In this document: positions 12,431-26,525 of the stretch, piece by piece
How positions within the stretch are numbered: the first letter of the stretch is position 1
Layout of the letters: each line of letters opens with the position of its first letter
Source: Rhizodiscina lignyota
Taxonomy: Eukaryota
DNA length: 64,000 nucleotides
NCBI GenBank assembly: GCA_010015805.1
Contig: ML978124.1
Location: 1,302,001 to 1,366,000 of the forward strand
Direction: 5' to 3'
Translations under genes and position numbers: made by a program
The notes under the pieces: generated by a model
What the model saw: only the letters and a program-made list of their open reading frames with translations
Databases searched by the model: none
What the model was told of the DNA's origin: nothing

Positions 12431-13893
12431 TCAATCCGTCTTCCAATGACTCGTCAAGCGACCATCATCATCGCTTCGCCCAATGTACAGCTCGACTGCA
12501 TAGAGGGCCATGGTGAACCACAGATTAATCCAGCGAACCAGATTTCCGCCTACGTCACCGCCCTGATTCGTCCACCAGTCCGCTCCCTGGCCATTCTCGT
12601 GGCCGTTGCCGTTCCAGCTCGTGCTGGCAAAGTGCTGCAGCAGCAGACTCGTGTATACTGCGATAAGGATGCTTGGGCTGAACCAGCTCAAGAAACCTAA
12701 AAACTGTCCTGCTGCGTCGGAGTCTTCGAGACTGGGCTCTTGGGACAGAGCGCGTGCGCCGGACTCGCGGATCGCGGGAATGATTCGTGCGGCAGCGTAC
12801 ATGACGAAGACGCGGTAGGCGAGGGAGATGATGACGGAAGGTGTGATGGTCATCACTGCAGCAACGATAAAGGTGAAGAAAGATTGGACGGTCGATGGGA
12901 GGGTTTCGAGAGCTTGGAGGAGCGTGGTGTAGGAGGCCATGATTATTGGTGGTAGTGGGGGTAGAGCTGGTTGAGAGACTGTGTCTACGGCAGGCTCAGA
13001 GTTTGGTGATGATGGTTCGTAGTCGGTGAAGATTTGGTACAGGCAGAGGACTATGTAGGCGAACTATAACTTGTCAGCATCAGATACGTCTCATGCATAG
13101 GCATAGAGCTTTAACGTACGAGTAAGGAGCTTTCCACTGGGTTACCACGGCCACTGCCAATGCCCCAGGCGCCCAGCATGACCGCACACATCACTGCAGC
13201 GCCAATGAGTAGTGCATCGACATTCCCAATGTCTGGAAACTTGGTGATTCTCCAGAGAAAGTAGGCAGAGCTGGAGATGACCGATGCCGAAACGACGAGT
13301 AGTCCAATCTGTCTGCTGTTAGTCCGATTTTACCAGTTCACCATGCAGCTCATGTGCAATGCACTTACCATCCAACTATCGCCTCTCTCGCGATTGACCA
13401 ACCATCTTGTGATCTGTCCGCAAGCCTGGATGACCAACAGACTGCAGAATCCCTCTCCAATCTGAAAGACAGGCGTAGACCATCGGAGCAGCTTGTCCCA
13501 GCTTCCAATCGAACTGCTCTCCAGTAAACCCCCTCTTCCAAATATCCATTCCTTCACACTTTCATTATCAGCTCTCTTGCCATCAAACGTCTTCGTGACC
13601 CAACCACCAACTCCTCCAGCATCAGAATCCACACTGAACTTGTTCAAGCTCCAAATCAACAGCGTCACGATCGCCAGCCATTGTGAGTACTGTATGATCT
13701 TCCCCAGCGCATATCTGAAGCGCGAGCTTTCGGGCGTGATGAGCCGAAGGACCGAGTAGAAGAAGTAGTAGGCCGCAAGAGAAAGTGAAAACGCTAGACC
13801 ACACGTGCGCCCGCCGACGTCAAAGGACAGCGGGATGGTAAAGACGATGAGGAACAGAAAGATGCTCGATGTGAAGACGCGAGTGATCCACAT
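12431..13893 (-). CDS. ICE2: ER membrane protein Ice2; exons 13893-13369, 13308-13120, 13063-12431
   Basis: IPLSFDVGGRTCGLAFSLSL, FQIGEGFCSLLVIQACGQ and PSILIAVYTSLLLQHF match Ice2 family blocks. Two GT-AG introns join in frame. Confidence 0.88.
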
Positions 13894-14723
13894 CGGCGCC
13901 TTGATGGGCAGCGCCCGGGGCGCCGCTGGGTTGATGGAATGACCTCTTCTGTCGACGGATGTCTTCGTGCGCGTGGATGACGCGCTCGTCGCGCGCAAGA
14001 CTGTCGTGGAACAGCTATCTGAGCTTAAAAAGCGAACGTTCGGTTTCGGAGGTGGACCGTAATGAAGCTACGTATGCCGCTTCGTGGGTGGACTGGAAGG
14101 TGCGGAAGCGCAATGGAGGTGCAAGTTTCGATGAGAGGGAGAGTTAACGAACGGAGTTTTAGATGCGGAGGTGGACGTTGGACAACGAAACGTTTGTCGG
14201 GAATTTCAAGCGTTGGATGGAGCCAAGCTTGGAACGAGCTCCTATGCCTGGAGGGGTGTCGTGTGCCAATCAAGGAAGTTCGCGAGTGAGCGGGAAAAAG
14301 TGTGGACAGGGGCCAGGGCGGGTTGAAATAGGGCGATGAGTGGTTCGCAGGATTGCCTTGTGCATTGCTGCCTTTGATGAGCAAATGGCAGCCTGGTGAG
14401 TGCAAATCGAGGCTTCCAGTGCTCAAACGGTGAGGAGGTGGAAGAGTGCAGCTTTGTCACAAGGAAATCTTATCAAGATATGGCGGACTTCCTACACCAC
14501 CCAAACCCACCCAGACCCCGGGTCGCCAAGCACCCAAAATTCGTTGGAGTATGCACCTAGAGCTGGCTGCATCAAGCGGCAGCAGACACCCACGCGAACT
14601 GAAAGCACTTTACGTTAAAATTGTGTATCCATTCGAACAAAGAGCGCCTATGATGCTTTGACCGCCGTATCCATGACCATCCGAAAACGCCAAACGATCT
14701 GAATCCGTCCGAAAACTCATGAA

Positions 14724-16769
14724 TCATCTATTGCCTTTCTCCCTCACCCTTTCGCCGTCTCCACCATCACTGCTTCCTTCCCCAATATCATACCTATCCC
14801 TCTCCATTTCCCTATCCTGCTCTCTTTGACGCTCCTTCCTGTCATTACCCTCACCATCACTCGCCAAATCTTCCAGCTCGTTCTCATCAAAATCTGCCGC
14901 TTCAATATCCCTATCACTCTGCCCACGCTTGTGGCGCATAGCCTCCAAGCCCATTCCACCAAGTCCACCATTACCACGTCCATCACCTCCACGCAAACCC
15001 TGGTAGCCAGCTCTCCTCCTGCGATCGCGCCAAATAAAGTAACCCCAGCAAGCAGCAGCAATGACAACTATCACGAGTGCTACCTCGCCAGACTTGTAGT
15101 ATGCGTGCCAAGTAGCCTTCTGCAGTGCCTCCTCTTCAGCCTCTTGCGCCACCGTGCTGTTCGGGTGACCGCCGACAGTTGTGATCGGGCCTTTCTCGCC
15201 TTCTATTCTCGAGTCAACAGGAGTGCCACCAATGCTTGAAATGTCCACATTCATGAAGCGATCAAGCATGTCTCTCGTGCGCCGCGGATAGTCGAAGGGA
15301 ACCATGTGTGAGGAGTTGTAGAAAGTAACGTAAGTCAGGTTGCGCGCCTCCTGCCAAACACCAGCAGCTTCGCCCTCGAATGTCCATTGTCGGCGTGGCG
15401 CCCATGTGCCGGATGAGATCTCGAAGCCTTTACCGCCGTTGAACTCCATGTTGTTGATCATCTCTTCCGTGCCGACGTGATTGCAAATTAGATCCTTTGC
15501 ACCAGAGAATAGCAAAATTGGTATTTGCTCCAGGAGGCCTGGTAGAAGGTCAATGGCAGGCGCCGAGTTCCGTGCGCGGAAATTGGATCCAACAGCGCCA
15601 CTGCATTCTTGCCAACCACTCTTCTTGTCAGCGTTTACGTGCAGCGCCCGCGTAACCTCCGGCTGTCGTAGGTAGGGTGTGACAGTTTCAAGGTCTGGAG
15701 GCCAGTTCATGCCGCAGCTGGGATATACATCTGTAAGGCGAACGTCGTACATGTTGACGCACATCGTTCTGCCCCCGTCCTGCGTCTGCGACACTCTTAA
15801 GATCTCCTGGAGGATCTGTTCGCAGGAAGATGTATCAACATGTTCCCCGCCGCCGTCACTGAGAGCTTTCGAGCAAATAGCTTGCTGTTGCTCCACCACC
15901 TTTGCCTGCGATGATCCTCGCTGAATCACGCCTTCCTCATATGCAAAGGGAAGATAGGAGAGATATTGGTCGACTGGCGAGGTCCATCCGTTGCCGATGA
16001 GCAATCCTTTCAAGTTCCAAGACTCTTTCGCAGGATCCTTGTTTCGATCGAGGATATGGTGTGCAATATATGGAATATGCTGGCCAGCGTACGATTCGCC
16101 TGCGATATAAATCTATTCCATTGTTAGCAATATGCCCGTCATTGTCCCCTAGCCGGAGATGCCCACATCATCTTGCATGTATTCCGGAAATAGCTTGAAC
16201 CATTTCTCCAAGAACGCCATGAACTGGTCCGCCATCTCATTGAGTTCATGCACATAACTATCTGTGTCCACATAACTGAACCCCGTGCCGACGGGATTAT
16301 CCACGAAGAGTACGTTCGCAAACTCATCCCATGAGCCGTCATTGTACTCGAGTTTCCCCCCTTTCCGCACGCGATATGGACCTATCTCCATCAACGCGCC
16401 GTCCTCCGAGCTGCAGCCAGGGCCGCCGTTGAGCCATATTACAGTTCGTGAGCGATCGGCAAGGTGCCGGTTCTGGAAGTGCCAGAAGAAGAGGTTGCCA
16501 TGATGTTCGGGGGTGACCTCGATGTGTCTGATATACAGACATTGTCAGCCTATGCGATCGTGTGTATAGGCGTGAGCCTCTTACCCAGCATGCATCTTCA
16601 ATAACGGACCCTCTGGCTGTCCAGGCAAAGAATGGACATAGTAGTCGCCTGCCGCCTTTTGTGCCATTGTCTCCGGAAGCCACGCGAGTACGCAGAACAA
16701 GCTAAACAGCATCTCGAACATCCTCAAAGACCGCCACCGTCCCCTCGAGAATGTGTCGCCAACCGCCAT
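14724..16769 (-). CDS. KEX1: Pheromone-processing carboxypeptidase Kex1 (S10 serine carboxypeptidase); exons 16769-16585, 16527-16167, 16112-14724
   Basis: Signal peptide, [31 protein letters not shown] (catalytic Ser), DLICN and SSHMVPFD. C-terminal transmembrane helix followed by an acidic cytosolic tail. Confidence 0.93.
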
Positions 16770-19700
16770 GGTTCAAGAGTGAGCTGTCAAGCGGAGGCTG
16801 GCCGGGTAAAAGCGTTCGGTGCAGATTAACGACTACCACATTAAGTTGTTGTATGATGGAGAATTGGAGAGTGTAATCGAATTCAGCCTATGAAGGCTTC
16901 TAAGAAGAGGGACGTTGATTTCTCCGGGTCTCGCGTGAGCGCTTGATCGAGTTGTCGTGTCTTATTCGGCGCTGAATGTGGCTTAGGGCGATGGGGATTC
17001 GCGGCCTCCCGAATGCTGGGGCGCCTATCGTAACAAGCTTTGTGCAACTCTCGGCGCTCGCAAAGGGACAAGCAATTCTCCGACTCAAGAATGCGATACA
17101 GAGTAATGAAGAATGTTTTCAGAATGCGTCTTATTGACCATCTGATGCATGTAACACCTAGGTGTGTTTGATCAGCCAGCGCTTGCGTATGCGTCGCTGC
17201 TACCGGATGGCTGGCAAGCCGCGCAGACGAAACTGTTTGATGCTGCTGTCTTTCACATCTCCGAGTGGCTTTCTTTCGTTCATTCAATTGTCCTGTAAAG
17301 CTTTTGCGATGGCAAGTCCTCGTTCAGCTTTGCTTAAAAGAGGCGGCGAAGTTTTAACAAGTCATTCTTCTATTCACTCCAACTTGGCTACGAAATTGCT
17401 CTCCGATCCATATCACAGTGTCTTCGACTTTGTTGGACTGCGCCGCAAATACGTTAACTGGCTGCTACGACATGTCTCACACGCATTCAGCCTAAGGATT
17501 GGTATGGGTTTCTATCAAGTCAAAAGTGTTTCGATCTTGATGACGGGTTCGTTGCTGGTGACGAGTACAGTATATCTTGAAGACTCCAAAGGCGGCCGCG
17601 GAACACCGCTCAAGCTTTAGTTGCAATGAGAGCGGAAGTTCGATGGTGCATATCCACGCGTCGATCGGGCTACAGCTTCGATAGGAGCAGAATCTACTGG
17701 CCCACCCACGGACTATTGCTCGACCACTTTTTGAACCACAAGCGACCTCTCTCGCGGCACACCCGAACACTGCTCGAACTTCAGTAACAAATTCACTGGT
17801 ACTTCAACAATTTGTCCGGAATACGCAGTCAATCATGATTTATAATCTGAGCAAGATCTCGCGGTTGTTGCTGCAATGGCAGTTGAAGTTTTGTTTGCGT
17901 CTTCAATGAACGCTCTTCTAGGCACACCAGAGTACCGTGCCAACCTCGATTCCAGTACGAGAAGACGTTATTTATCTGATTCGACCCAATACAACAACAT
18001 CACTTCGTCTTTTGCAACGGACTTTGCGGTACCAATGCCCTTCCAGTCGACCTTGCTTTGAATTCTGTTCGAACACTCTTTTACTGTTTGTTGTTGCTGG
18101 CACGCAAGTCGAAGAGGTTGGTGGCTCTTCTGGAGTTGAAGTTGGTGGTCGGTGGTTGTTGTGGAAGGAAGGTAGAAGTGGTTGAAGAGGTTGGAGGCAG
18201 AACGTTCCGCTAGGTTAAGAAATATATCAAACTGGTGTTATCATCCAGAGAGGATCGCGCGACCTTGAATTGCAGCATTACAGAGCTTTCTATTTAATCT
18301 CGCCCGATAGTTCGAAGTTAAAGTTTAGAAGCTCATCGAACACGAGCGTACATCTCAGGATGTGAACCGAACATCAGCGCTGTGCCTGAAGATACTCCGT
18401 TCCGCATTTAGCACTACTGCCCAAGCTTTACGCAAAGTAGACATGACCATCGGATGGGCCTTGATATGCCTTTGGTTGTCTTTGACAAGCTCAGAAATGC
18501 TCTATCCACATCGTGTCCCTGAGAAACGCTTCGGGCGACCTTCTCCGTCAGCACTCCATCTTTATCAAAAACCTGGGTGCTTCAAGTGGTTCTCATGGAC
18601 TTTCTTGTGCTTGAACATACCTTGGTACTGCTTCAGCGTGAGAATGGGGTTCGTGCCGACAGGGTTGCCTTTGAGATCATGAAGCACAAGCTCTTCGAAC
18701 TCTAAGTCGTAGATTGACGATGATCTCTTAACAAACCCTCGGCAGGTGAGCACTCTCTTGGATACCCTTTAGCATGGGCAGAGCATAAATAAAGTATGAG
18801 CGGAGTCTCAAAACATTATTCGGTGAGATTCAAAGAGTGCTCTAGTTTCTGCGCATCTTGTCGCACCTCCACTGATATTCTTTTTCCATCTCTCAATCTT
18901 TGTGCAGCTCCTTAGCCTTCTCCTCTTCCTTTTCCCGTCTTGACCTCACAGCTACTGCCGAGTCTTGCTTCGAATCCCGTAACGTCAACTTGTAGTGCTG
19001 CTACTTAATGCACCTTATTCCCTCTGCTTTGTAAGGGCTTGAAGGCTTCCAACTTGAGGGCCGTAGCTTCGGGTGATCAATTTTTTAGGGTTGCCTAGAG
19101 CCCTTCACCTTCCTCTCTATCCTAAGGGGCATGGACATGGAACTGCGCCTCGGAGAGATCAAGTGCTCTGGCAGTTTTTGTTGAATGTGAGAAGCGAGAT
19201 TGAGCTATGTCACCGTCTTTCCCGGCGACGATACGGGCAAGTCAGCCTCCCCTCGGCCACCGAAAGGCTGGATGGGACGCGCTAGGCCCTCTAATCCTCT
19301 CATCATCGACCTTTTCCTCCAGATAATTGTGGAAGGCGGGGATCTTGAGAGGTGCCTGAATCGACTCGTCCAAGTAACGGTCCTTGTCATTGACTGATAT
19401 GGTAAGCTGATGCCTCATGTGCACAAGAAAAGCCTCTTTGAACTTGGTGGCATTAGAAGTTGAGCGTTCGAATTCCTCAATCAGGTCTCTACCTTCAAAC
19501 CGGTTTCGTACGCTTGCTTAACAACCCGGTTAACAGACTATCCTCTATTATTATGCTCACATTGCATAAAACCACCTTCAAGCGATCACTCTTAATCTCG
19601 ACAATACTCTTTCACGAACCGAGAACTGGATCGTCCAGACCGCACAATGGACGCTGACCGGCAACATCCCAGATCTTCAGATCCGTTTAACGGCGATGAT

Positions 19701-21523
19701 GGAGGAAGTAGCACCAGCGTTCGCCTCGCTATTCGAGCGGCTTCCAGAGCAAACAGGAAAGCATTTGGAGTCAGAGATGATTGGAAGACCGAAAGATACA
19801 AAGGGTGTTGCATTTATTTGTGAGAAAGAGCAGTGACTAGTCCCGCTAAGGCTTTCACCCCGATACAGTCCGCATTACGTCTATGACGGCCACTTAGGCC
19901 AAATGAAGCCGATTCACAGAGGCGAGGCATATTACCTTAGCCGCTTTACCTAACACATGTTAGTGTTAGCGCGGAGTTTATATGTGCAAGAGTTCATGGG
20001 CCACGAATAATACTAAGAGAATATGAACCGCCTTTCACGGAGGAGTAACAGCGACAACAGGAGCGGGAAGAAGAGGACAAGCATATACCCATCCCAGGTG
20101 AAGAAGCGTACAAGAACAACTAATATGACATGAAGACATCCCGAGGCCGGAGCAGGAATGGTTGTGATCGGCTCGTGCGAGGGTAGAGAGTCGCTAATAT
20201 ATGTATGGGTTCTTGGTGAGGATGTTCTCCGTTGGTTAGCAGGAAAGATTGGAGAACGAGCGCTTAGAACCTCAAGAGAACGCGGTCACGAGAATAACTA
20301 TAGCGAGAACGCTAAAAGAAGGAACCGAAGCATGGAGAAAAGAGCGACAAGCAGCAGCCGTCGTGTGAATGCTCTGATACTATTGTAGTTATGACAGAAG
20401 GTGCTTCTCTAGCTCCAAGTATATGCGATGACACCCCCTTACTATCCTCGGTGCACAGGCCGCTTCAAGTTCCGCATGGACGACCGATACTACTGAGTTC
20501 CGTCGCAGAGCCATATCTCGAATGTAACCTAAGATTCAAACGGATGGGCAGAGCTCTGTTTCAACCCTCAAGTGTATGCTTTGACGCCATTGGAGTTGTT
20601 GCAGAGGAGGCTTCTCCTAACTGTGTATAAATGCTCGGAGGCACTCGCAAATGGGCGACACGATGTCGCTGCCGCATGGTTCTAACCAGGGATACAGTAG
20701 CAAGGCCCTTTCTCCCCCTTGGTAGTGAAGTAATGATCTCTGAGCTCTGGGGGACTTGCGCGCCTCTTCCCTAAAGCTGTATTTTTATTATTATTTTTTG
20801 ACTTGAGAAACTCCGTCAGGTGCTCCGCGTGAAGGAGATGGATCGAAGTTGAGCAAAACGTTCGCAATGAGAACAACTCAATGTACGCAGGCAACACTCT
20901 CGTGCCGGTCCGAAAGAGGCTGAAGTCGATCAATCAAGCTCGGTCAAGGCGCACGGATGCCCGTCCGGCGCTGCTTGAAGTCAAAGGATCAAAATTGGCC
21001 TGCGTAGTGTGCATCAGTGCCTGTCTCAAACGCCTCTACTCCTCCCAAAGTATTTCAGTAGAATGCGATAGGTTTGAACACGGATCGAGTACAATCACCA
21101 GACGTCTCAGCTCCGACCTTTTCGGTGCCCACCATTACTGCGGTGGTGGTGGTCGGAATCACAAGCCCTCCGCGCTGGTGACTTGGATGTCTTCATTCGA
21201 CAGTGGCCGTACCCTGCGGCCTGGGAGTTCCTTTGATGCTTCGTCGTCTAGCCCATTTGGCTGAGGGTGGTGAGATGATAGAAGCGAGGTCGGGATATGG
21301 CTGAGCGTTGGCGGTTAGACGTCATTCTTTCTTGTCGTCTCATAAACTTCAATGTTTTCTGTAGTGTTATTGGCTCGGGAATTATTAATTTCATTCCTTC
21401 GATTGCTCGAAGAAAAGGAGACCTAAACCTTTAACTTTGTGTGATCTGTAAACGAGGCGCTAGTCTCTGCAGCTATGCTAGTCAATATAATCAGTCTCTA
21501 TATACATGAAGGTATCTTACATG

Positions 21524-22588
21524 TCACGCATTCCCACCGATCTTAGTAGGTATGCGGGCTTTACGCTTGGCTGCCATTGGTGGCGCTCGGAGACGCCAGC
21601 CAAGGTCCATGAGCACATGAGAAACTATGTTGGTGGACAAGCTCGACGCCCAGTAAAGCATCACTGCCGCAGGCATTCCGAGTGTCCAAGGATAAACGGC
21701 GACGGTAGCGCCTATTACGGCGACTTGGAGTCCCCTTTGGATGTAATTGATACGAGCACGGCCTTTCCCAGCTCTTCTCGTGCTGATTAACACATTGAGA
21801 CATGTCAATCCCATCACAATCCCTGAGAGATATCCCGTTGGGTCTGCAACGGATAGATCCTGAAACCAAAGCATTCCTTCCGTAGCCAATGATGGCTCCA
21901 ATGCATCTTTCACGCTCGTAGCCTCTCCAAAAATCATCCCCAACCAAGGATTCACCGCAGCGCTGACGCTCTCCGGCACTGCCTTGCTAACCAGCTCAGA
22001 GAAGAAGCCCTGCTTCATGCCTGCCATACGCCTATACACCTCTGCCCAGCTCACAAAGAGCGGTAGCTGCAGAAAGATGTGATATGATCTCCGCCACCAT
22101 CCGCATTTCCAAGTTTTCGTCAAGAACTTCTTTCTGCCTGCCATCTGCCATGCTAGCTCCCTTCGAAGGAACGCCACATCCTTGCTCCCCGCATGGTTCA
22201 TATACACCGAATGTCTGAATTTGACTAGCCATGCCTGGAGCAATGGCTGGATATTGAGGTATCGTTGCTGAGCCCTGCGGTTCCAGACTGCGAATGGGAA
22301 CAAGAGGACTCGCACACCAACCGCAGTGAGTGGAATTATATAGGCCCATGGGATGCCAGAAGCTGCGTGTAGATTGTGGGCAGCATCGAAGCAGGCGTGC
22401 TCGAGCCAATTGAGAGCTTCGGCTGTGGGTACAGGTACTTGACGGTGCGTGGACGCGTGGAACGATGCGACGCGTTGGCGGAAGAGGAGAGCACGAGATT
22501 CGGATGGAAGCTGGAGAACAGAATGTGGAAATATGCTAAGACGGGACTGAAAGTGACTGACTATAGAAGGCCGTAACAAAGGCTTCAT
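21524..22588 (-). CDS. COX18: Mitochondrial inner-membrane insertase of the Oxa1/YidC family, Cox18-like
   Basis: Arg/Ser-rich presequence, SGIPWAYIIPLTAVGVR, FLQLPLF, EGMLWFQDLSVADP and PAAVMLYWASS. It lacks the long C-terminal tail of Oxa1. Confidence 0.8.
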   Translation of the reverse strand: MKPLLRPSIVSHFQSRLSIFPHSVLQLPSESRALLFRQRVASFHASTHRQVPVPTAEALNWLEHACFDAAHNLHAASGIPWAYIIPLTAVGVRVLLFPFAVWNRRAQQRYLNIQPLLQAWLVKFRHSVYMNHAGSKDVAFLRRELAWQMAGRKKFLTKTWKCGWWRRSYHIFLQLPLFVSWAEVYRRMAGMKQGFFSELVSKAVPESVSAAVNPWLGMIFGEATSVKDALEPSLATEGMLWFQDLSVADPTGYLSGIVMGLTCLNVLISTRRAGKGRARINYIQRGLQVAVIGATVAVYPWTLGMPAAVMLYWASSLSTNIVSHVLMDLGWRLRAPPMAAKRKARIPTKIGGNA

Positions 22589-22819
22589 GATACTAGCGAT
22601 TTTGAAAGCTCAATAATGAGACGAGCTGTTCTGAAATTTGCACGCAGGATGGAATGATGCGGCCAGGCTTTGCGGCTCGGTCCGTAGGGCTGACCTGCAG
22701 ATGCACCTCCGATCGCCATATCAAATCAATCTGTACCATACCTGTCCTTCAATAGCAGCTTCTACTGCCTTCAAATCCAAACATGTGGCTCGTCCGGTGA
22801 CAGAAATCCCTCGTTTACC

Positions 22820-24623
22820 ATGATACTACCGTCGGTCCTCATCTCGATCGCGTTATCCTTCGTATTCTTCCCTTTCGTTCTGCGCATTATCGGACGAGTC
22901 ATAGGATGGTACATTCGCAGACTCTCGCGCCAACGACGCCAGGACTTGCTCCAACGCGTGGCAAAGGAAGAGGAAGCTTATACATCGAAAGAGCAACAGG
23001 AATCTCCCACAGAAGATGAAGACTGGGAGAAGGTTGATAGTCAGAGGACAGGTGTAGCAACGAACGGCGGGAAAGCAGAGAAGGAATGGAAGGGCGTGGT
23101 AGGCTTCTTCCATCCCTTCTGGTACGTTCTGTCACGCGTTTCTGTAAGGGCAACTACTGAAAGAGAATGAATAGCAATGCAGGTGGGGGAGGGGAGCGCG
23201 TTTTATGGGCCGCAATACGGGCAACTCAGAAGAGGTGGCCAGGAGCCGTGTGCGTTGTATACACTGGCGACCATGATGCCTCGAAAGATGAGATGCTCAA
23301 GAAAGTCCAGGTAACACATATGCATGCTCTACTAGATATCTCGGATTGACATGCTCAATAGACCCGTTTCAACATCTCCCTTTATCCTCCCACCGTCCAC
23401 TTCCTATATCTGACAACTCGCCGTTACGTTCTCTCCACCACCTACCCTCACTTCACCCTCCTTGGACAGTCTCTTGGCTCCCTCATTCTCGCCTTCGACG
23501 CATTCTCCCTCCTAGTCCCTGACATCTTCATCGACACAATGGGCTATGCGTTCGCGCTCGGCCTAACCAAATTCCTCTTTCCGTCCGTCCCCACAGCTGC
23601 GTATGTCCACTATCCAACCATCTCCACCGATATGCTCTCCTCGCTCGACTCAGATTCAGAAGCCCAAGGAATCAACGCTGGAGCCGGCAAAGGCCTCCGA
23701 GGCACAATGAAGAAGAACTATTGGCATCTCTTCGCACGCCTGTACGGATGGGTTGGCAGCGACATTGACGTCGTCATGACGAATTCATCATGGACAGCAT
23801 CACACATCCGCTCCTTATGGGGTCCGCGTCGTGAAAAGCGCGGTAAGAAGGACGATGTACGCGTCGTCTTTCCGCCGTGTGCGGTGGAGGAGATGGAGCG
23901 TGAGATTGAGGTCAGCGAGACGAGCGAGCAGAAGCGTGGACGTTATCTGCTGTACATTGCCCAATTCCGACCCGAGAAAAATCACAGCCTCATCATCCAG
24001 GCGTTCGCGGATCTGCTGAACTGTCGCATCTCTGAGGATGGCGTGGCACTGGGCTGTGGAGAGGGCGAGAGGCCAAAGCTCATCCTTGTTGGGTCAGTAC
24101 GAGACTCTGACGATGCCACGCGTGTGTATGAACTCCGACTTCTTGCCCGAGAACTGCAAGTCAAAGACGATGTGGAGTTTGTGTGTGATGCCACATGGCC
24201 GCAGGTGCTGGAGTGGCTGAGAAATGCTTCGATAGGGGTGAACGGCATGTGGAATGAGCACTTTGGGATAGGTGTGGTAGAGTACCAGGCCGCTGGCCTG
24301 ATCAGCGTGGTGAATGACTCAGGGGGGCCGAAGAGAGATATTGTTGTTGATATCGATGGAGAACCGACAGGTATGTCCAATCTAACCTTCTCCCCTGAGC
24401 GCTCAAAAGTCTTGTGCAGCTAATAGAATATCAAGGATATCATGCAACAACAGCAGCAGAATATTCGGCCGCATTCGCTAAAGCACTGCAACTCGGTCCT
24501 GAAGAGACGCTCGCAATGCGTCTGCGAGCGCGAAAGAGCGCAAAGAGATTCACGGAAGAGGTTTTTGAAGAGAAGTGGGTCGAAGAGACAGCGCGGCTTG
24601 TGGCGTTGCAAGAGCGGCATTAG
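22820..24623 (+). CDS. ALG11: Alpha-1,2-mannosyltransferase Alg11 (GT4); exons 22820-23121, 23175-23310, 23362-24370, ~24436-24623
   Basis: [18 protein letters not shown] is restored by splicing. Also [43 protein letters not shown] and SGGP. Confidence 0.95.
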
Positions 24624-26525
24624 CATTGAATATCATGATACCTCTGAATAGAACAAGTTGAGACTCGGATCCGTGGAGCTGTGCTTGTGCCTATGCGGAA
24701 GCGAAGTTGAACAGATTTTGAGTGGAATTGAACGCTGTTCGACCAACACATCTGAACGAAACTGCGAGCAGTTCGTGCATGCCACAACGAAGCTATTCAA
24801 GCACCGACATAGCTTCCTTGAGCAATTGCTGGGACCATGTATCTCCGCCGACTTGACTACGTCTCCCATTGCTGTTCATCGAATGACGTGCTCTGTGGGG
24901 TGCTGTAGGACACGAACCATGATTCTCCGCAACAAATTCACGGTCAGACACTTTCTGCCCGATATCACAATAACAAACAATACTGACTGCCCCTGACATG
25001 TTTTTACAATTGTTTTCTATTGCATTTGCAAACACTTACATTACACGATCTTTCACATGAAGCCGATAAAGATTGACACAAGGAAAACTGACCCGACCGC
25101 ATATGCACAAGGGAGACCTTACGACCATCGATTTGAATTAAGAGCAACCCGACAGGATTTCCACTTGTTGACAAATATTCTTGAACGTATACTTTGCCGT
25201 GGAGAACATGGAAAGCGACATCTCACTCCACCACACGCATGTGTGAGAATTTAGAGAATGCCTTTGAACTAGCTACTGTGGAGTGACGTCGTTTCATGGA
25301 AATTGTCAGAGTCAGCCTTGGTACACGGATTATACATGCAACATGCTTCTGAGACGGAAATAATAGCGAATGGCTCGTCCCGGCGCATCGTCGAGTCATG
25401 GAACTTATGGAAGACATCCGGTGGGGCGAGCAGACGAAGCTGCAGCGCAGGGCTTGTACGCAGGGCTGTAAGGCATCGGAAGTATCAGAATATCTTCGCA
25501 ACAGCGCCGCTAGTGGAGAAGAATTAAAGCAGCAATCAACAGGGTAGGAAGGAACTTTGAAATAAGCTCCGACGGACGTCATATCAAGCAATTCCGCCCT
25601 GTCTGACCTGGAAGGGCATTGGCCAGAAGAGAGCATAGTTAAGAGATGCAGGACGATGCCAAATCTCCGTAGGGCTAACCATATCTGGCAGGGGATAGCT
25701 TGTATAAAAAGGCTTTATCTGCTCACTAAAAACAGTGATTTCTGATCGCAGTGATCACCTAAACAAGTTCTTCTCGCAAGTTTTATGGGGCCGTCCAAGG
25801 CATTTCATCTCGTGATTCCGGGCTCTAACTCCAAAGTTCACTCGGCTCGCGCAGCATTATCGGAAGTCAGGCTGTCTCAAGCTAAAGCCCGTCGTCGCGT
25901 CACGCTCGCCATTTTTGCTCAATCATCATCGTGGCAAATCCAAGCTCTTGTCTTGTGCAAGGCTCCGCATTGACATGCATACCACGTGTGAGCCGGGAAC
26001 TCTTCCGGTCTGCAAGGCTGACTGCGGCACACCGAGAGAGCCTCAATCCCAAGGTTATACTACGGCCATATTATCCACCCGTATCGTTCGTAAGATTCGC
26101 GCCAATCGGATCGTAGAACTGCGAGCGTACTCCATTCCGTTCCAGGATCCATATGGGAATAACCCAAATCGTTCAGAGAGTTACAAATTGTTGAAGACAT
26201 AACATCGTGGTGACTTAGACAAGCTTCGTCGGTCTTGATCAGAAATAGACGGGTCCCTGAGCGTCGCAAGCCATCTTCATTTAGTGCGAAATGTGGGACG
26301 AGCGAAGTGGATATATCATATGTCTCTAAAATCCCTAAAAAGCTCGATGCTTTTGCTGTTCTTGGTATGGATACCGCTTGTTCCACAAATCTCGAGGTTG
26401 GATGCTACCAAACTTGATTGGTGGTCCTATGGCCGTGGAAGTCCGGCCCGTCAGAGGTCGGCCGACGACATATGAACGTCGACAAAGCTGAATCAGACCG
26501 GTGGTAATTCGGCGGTATAGCAGAG

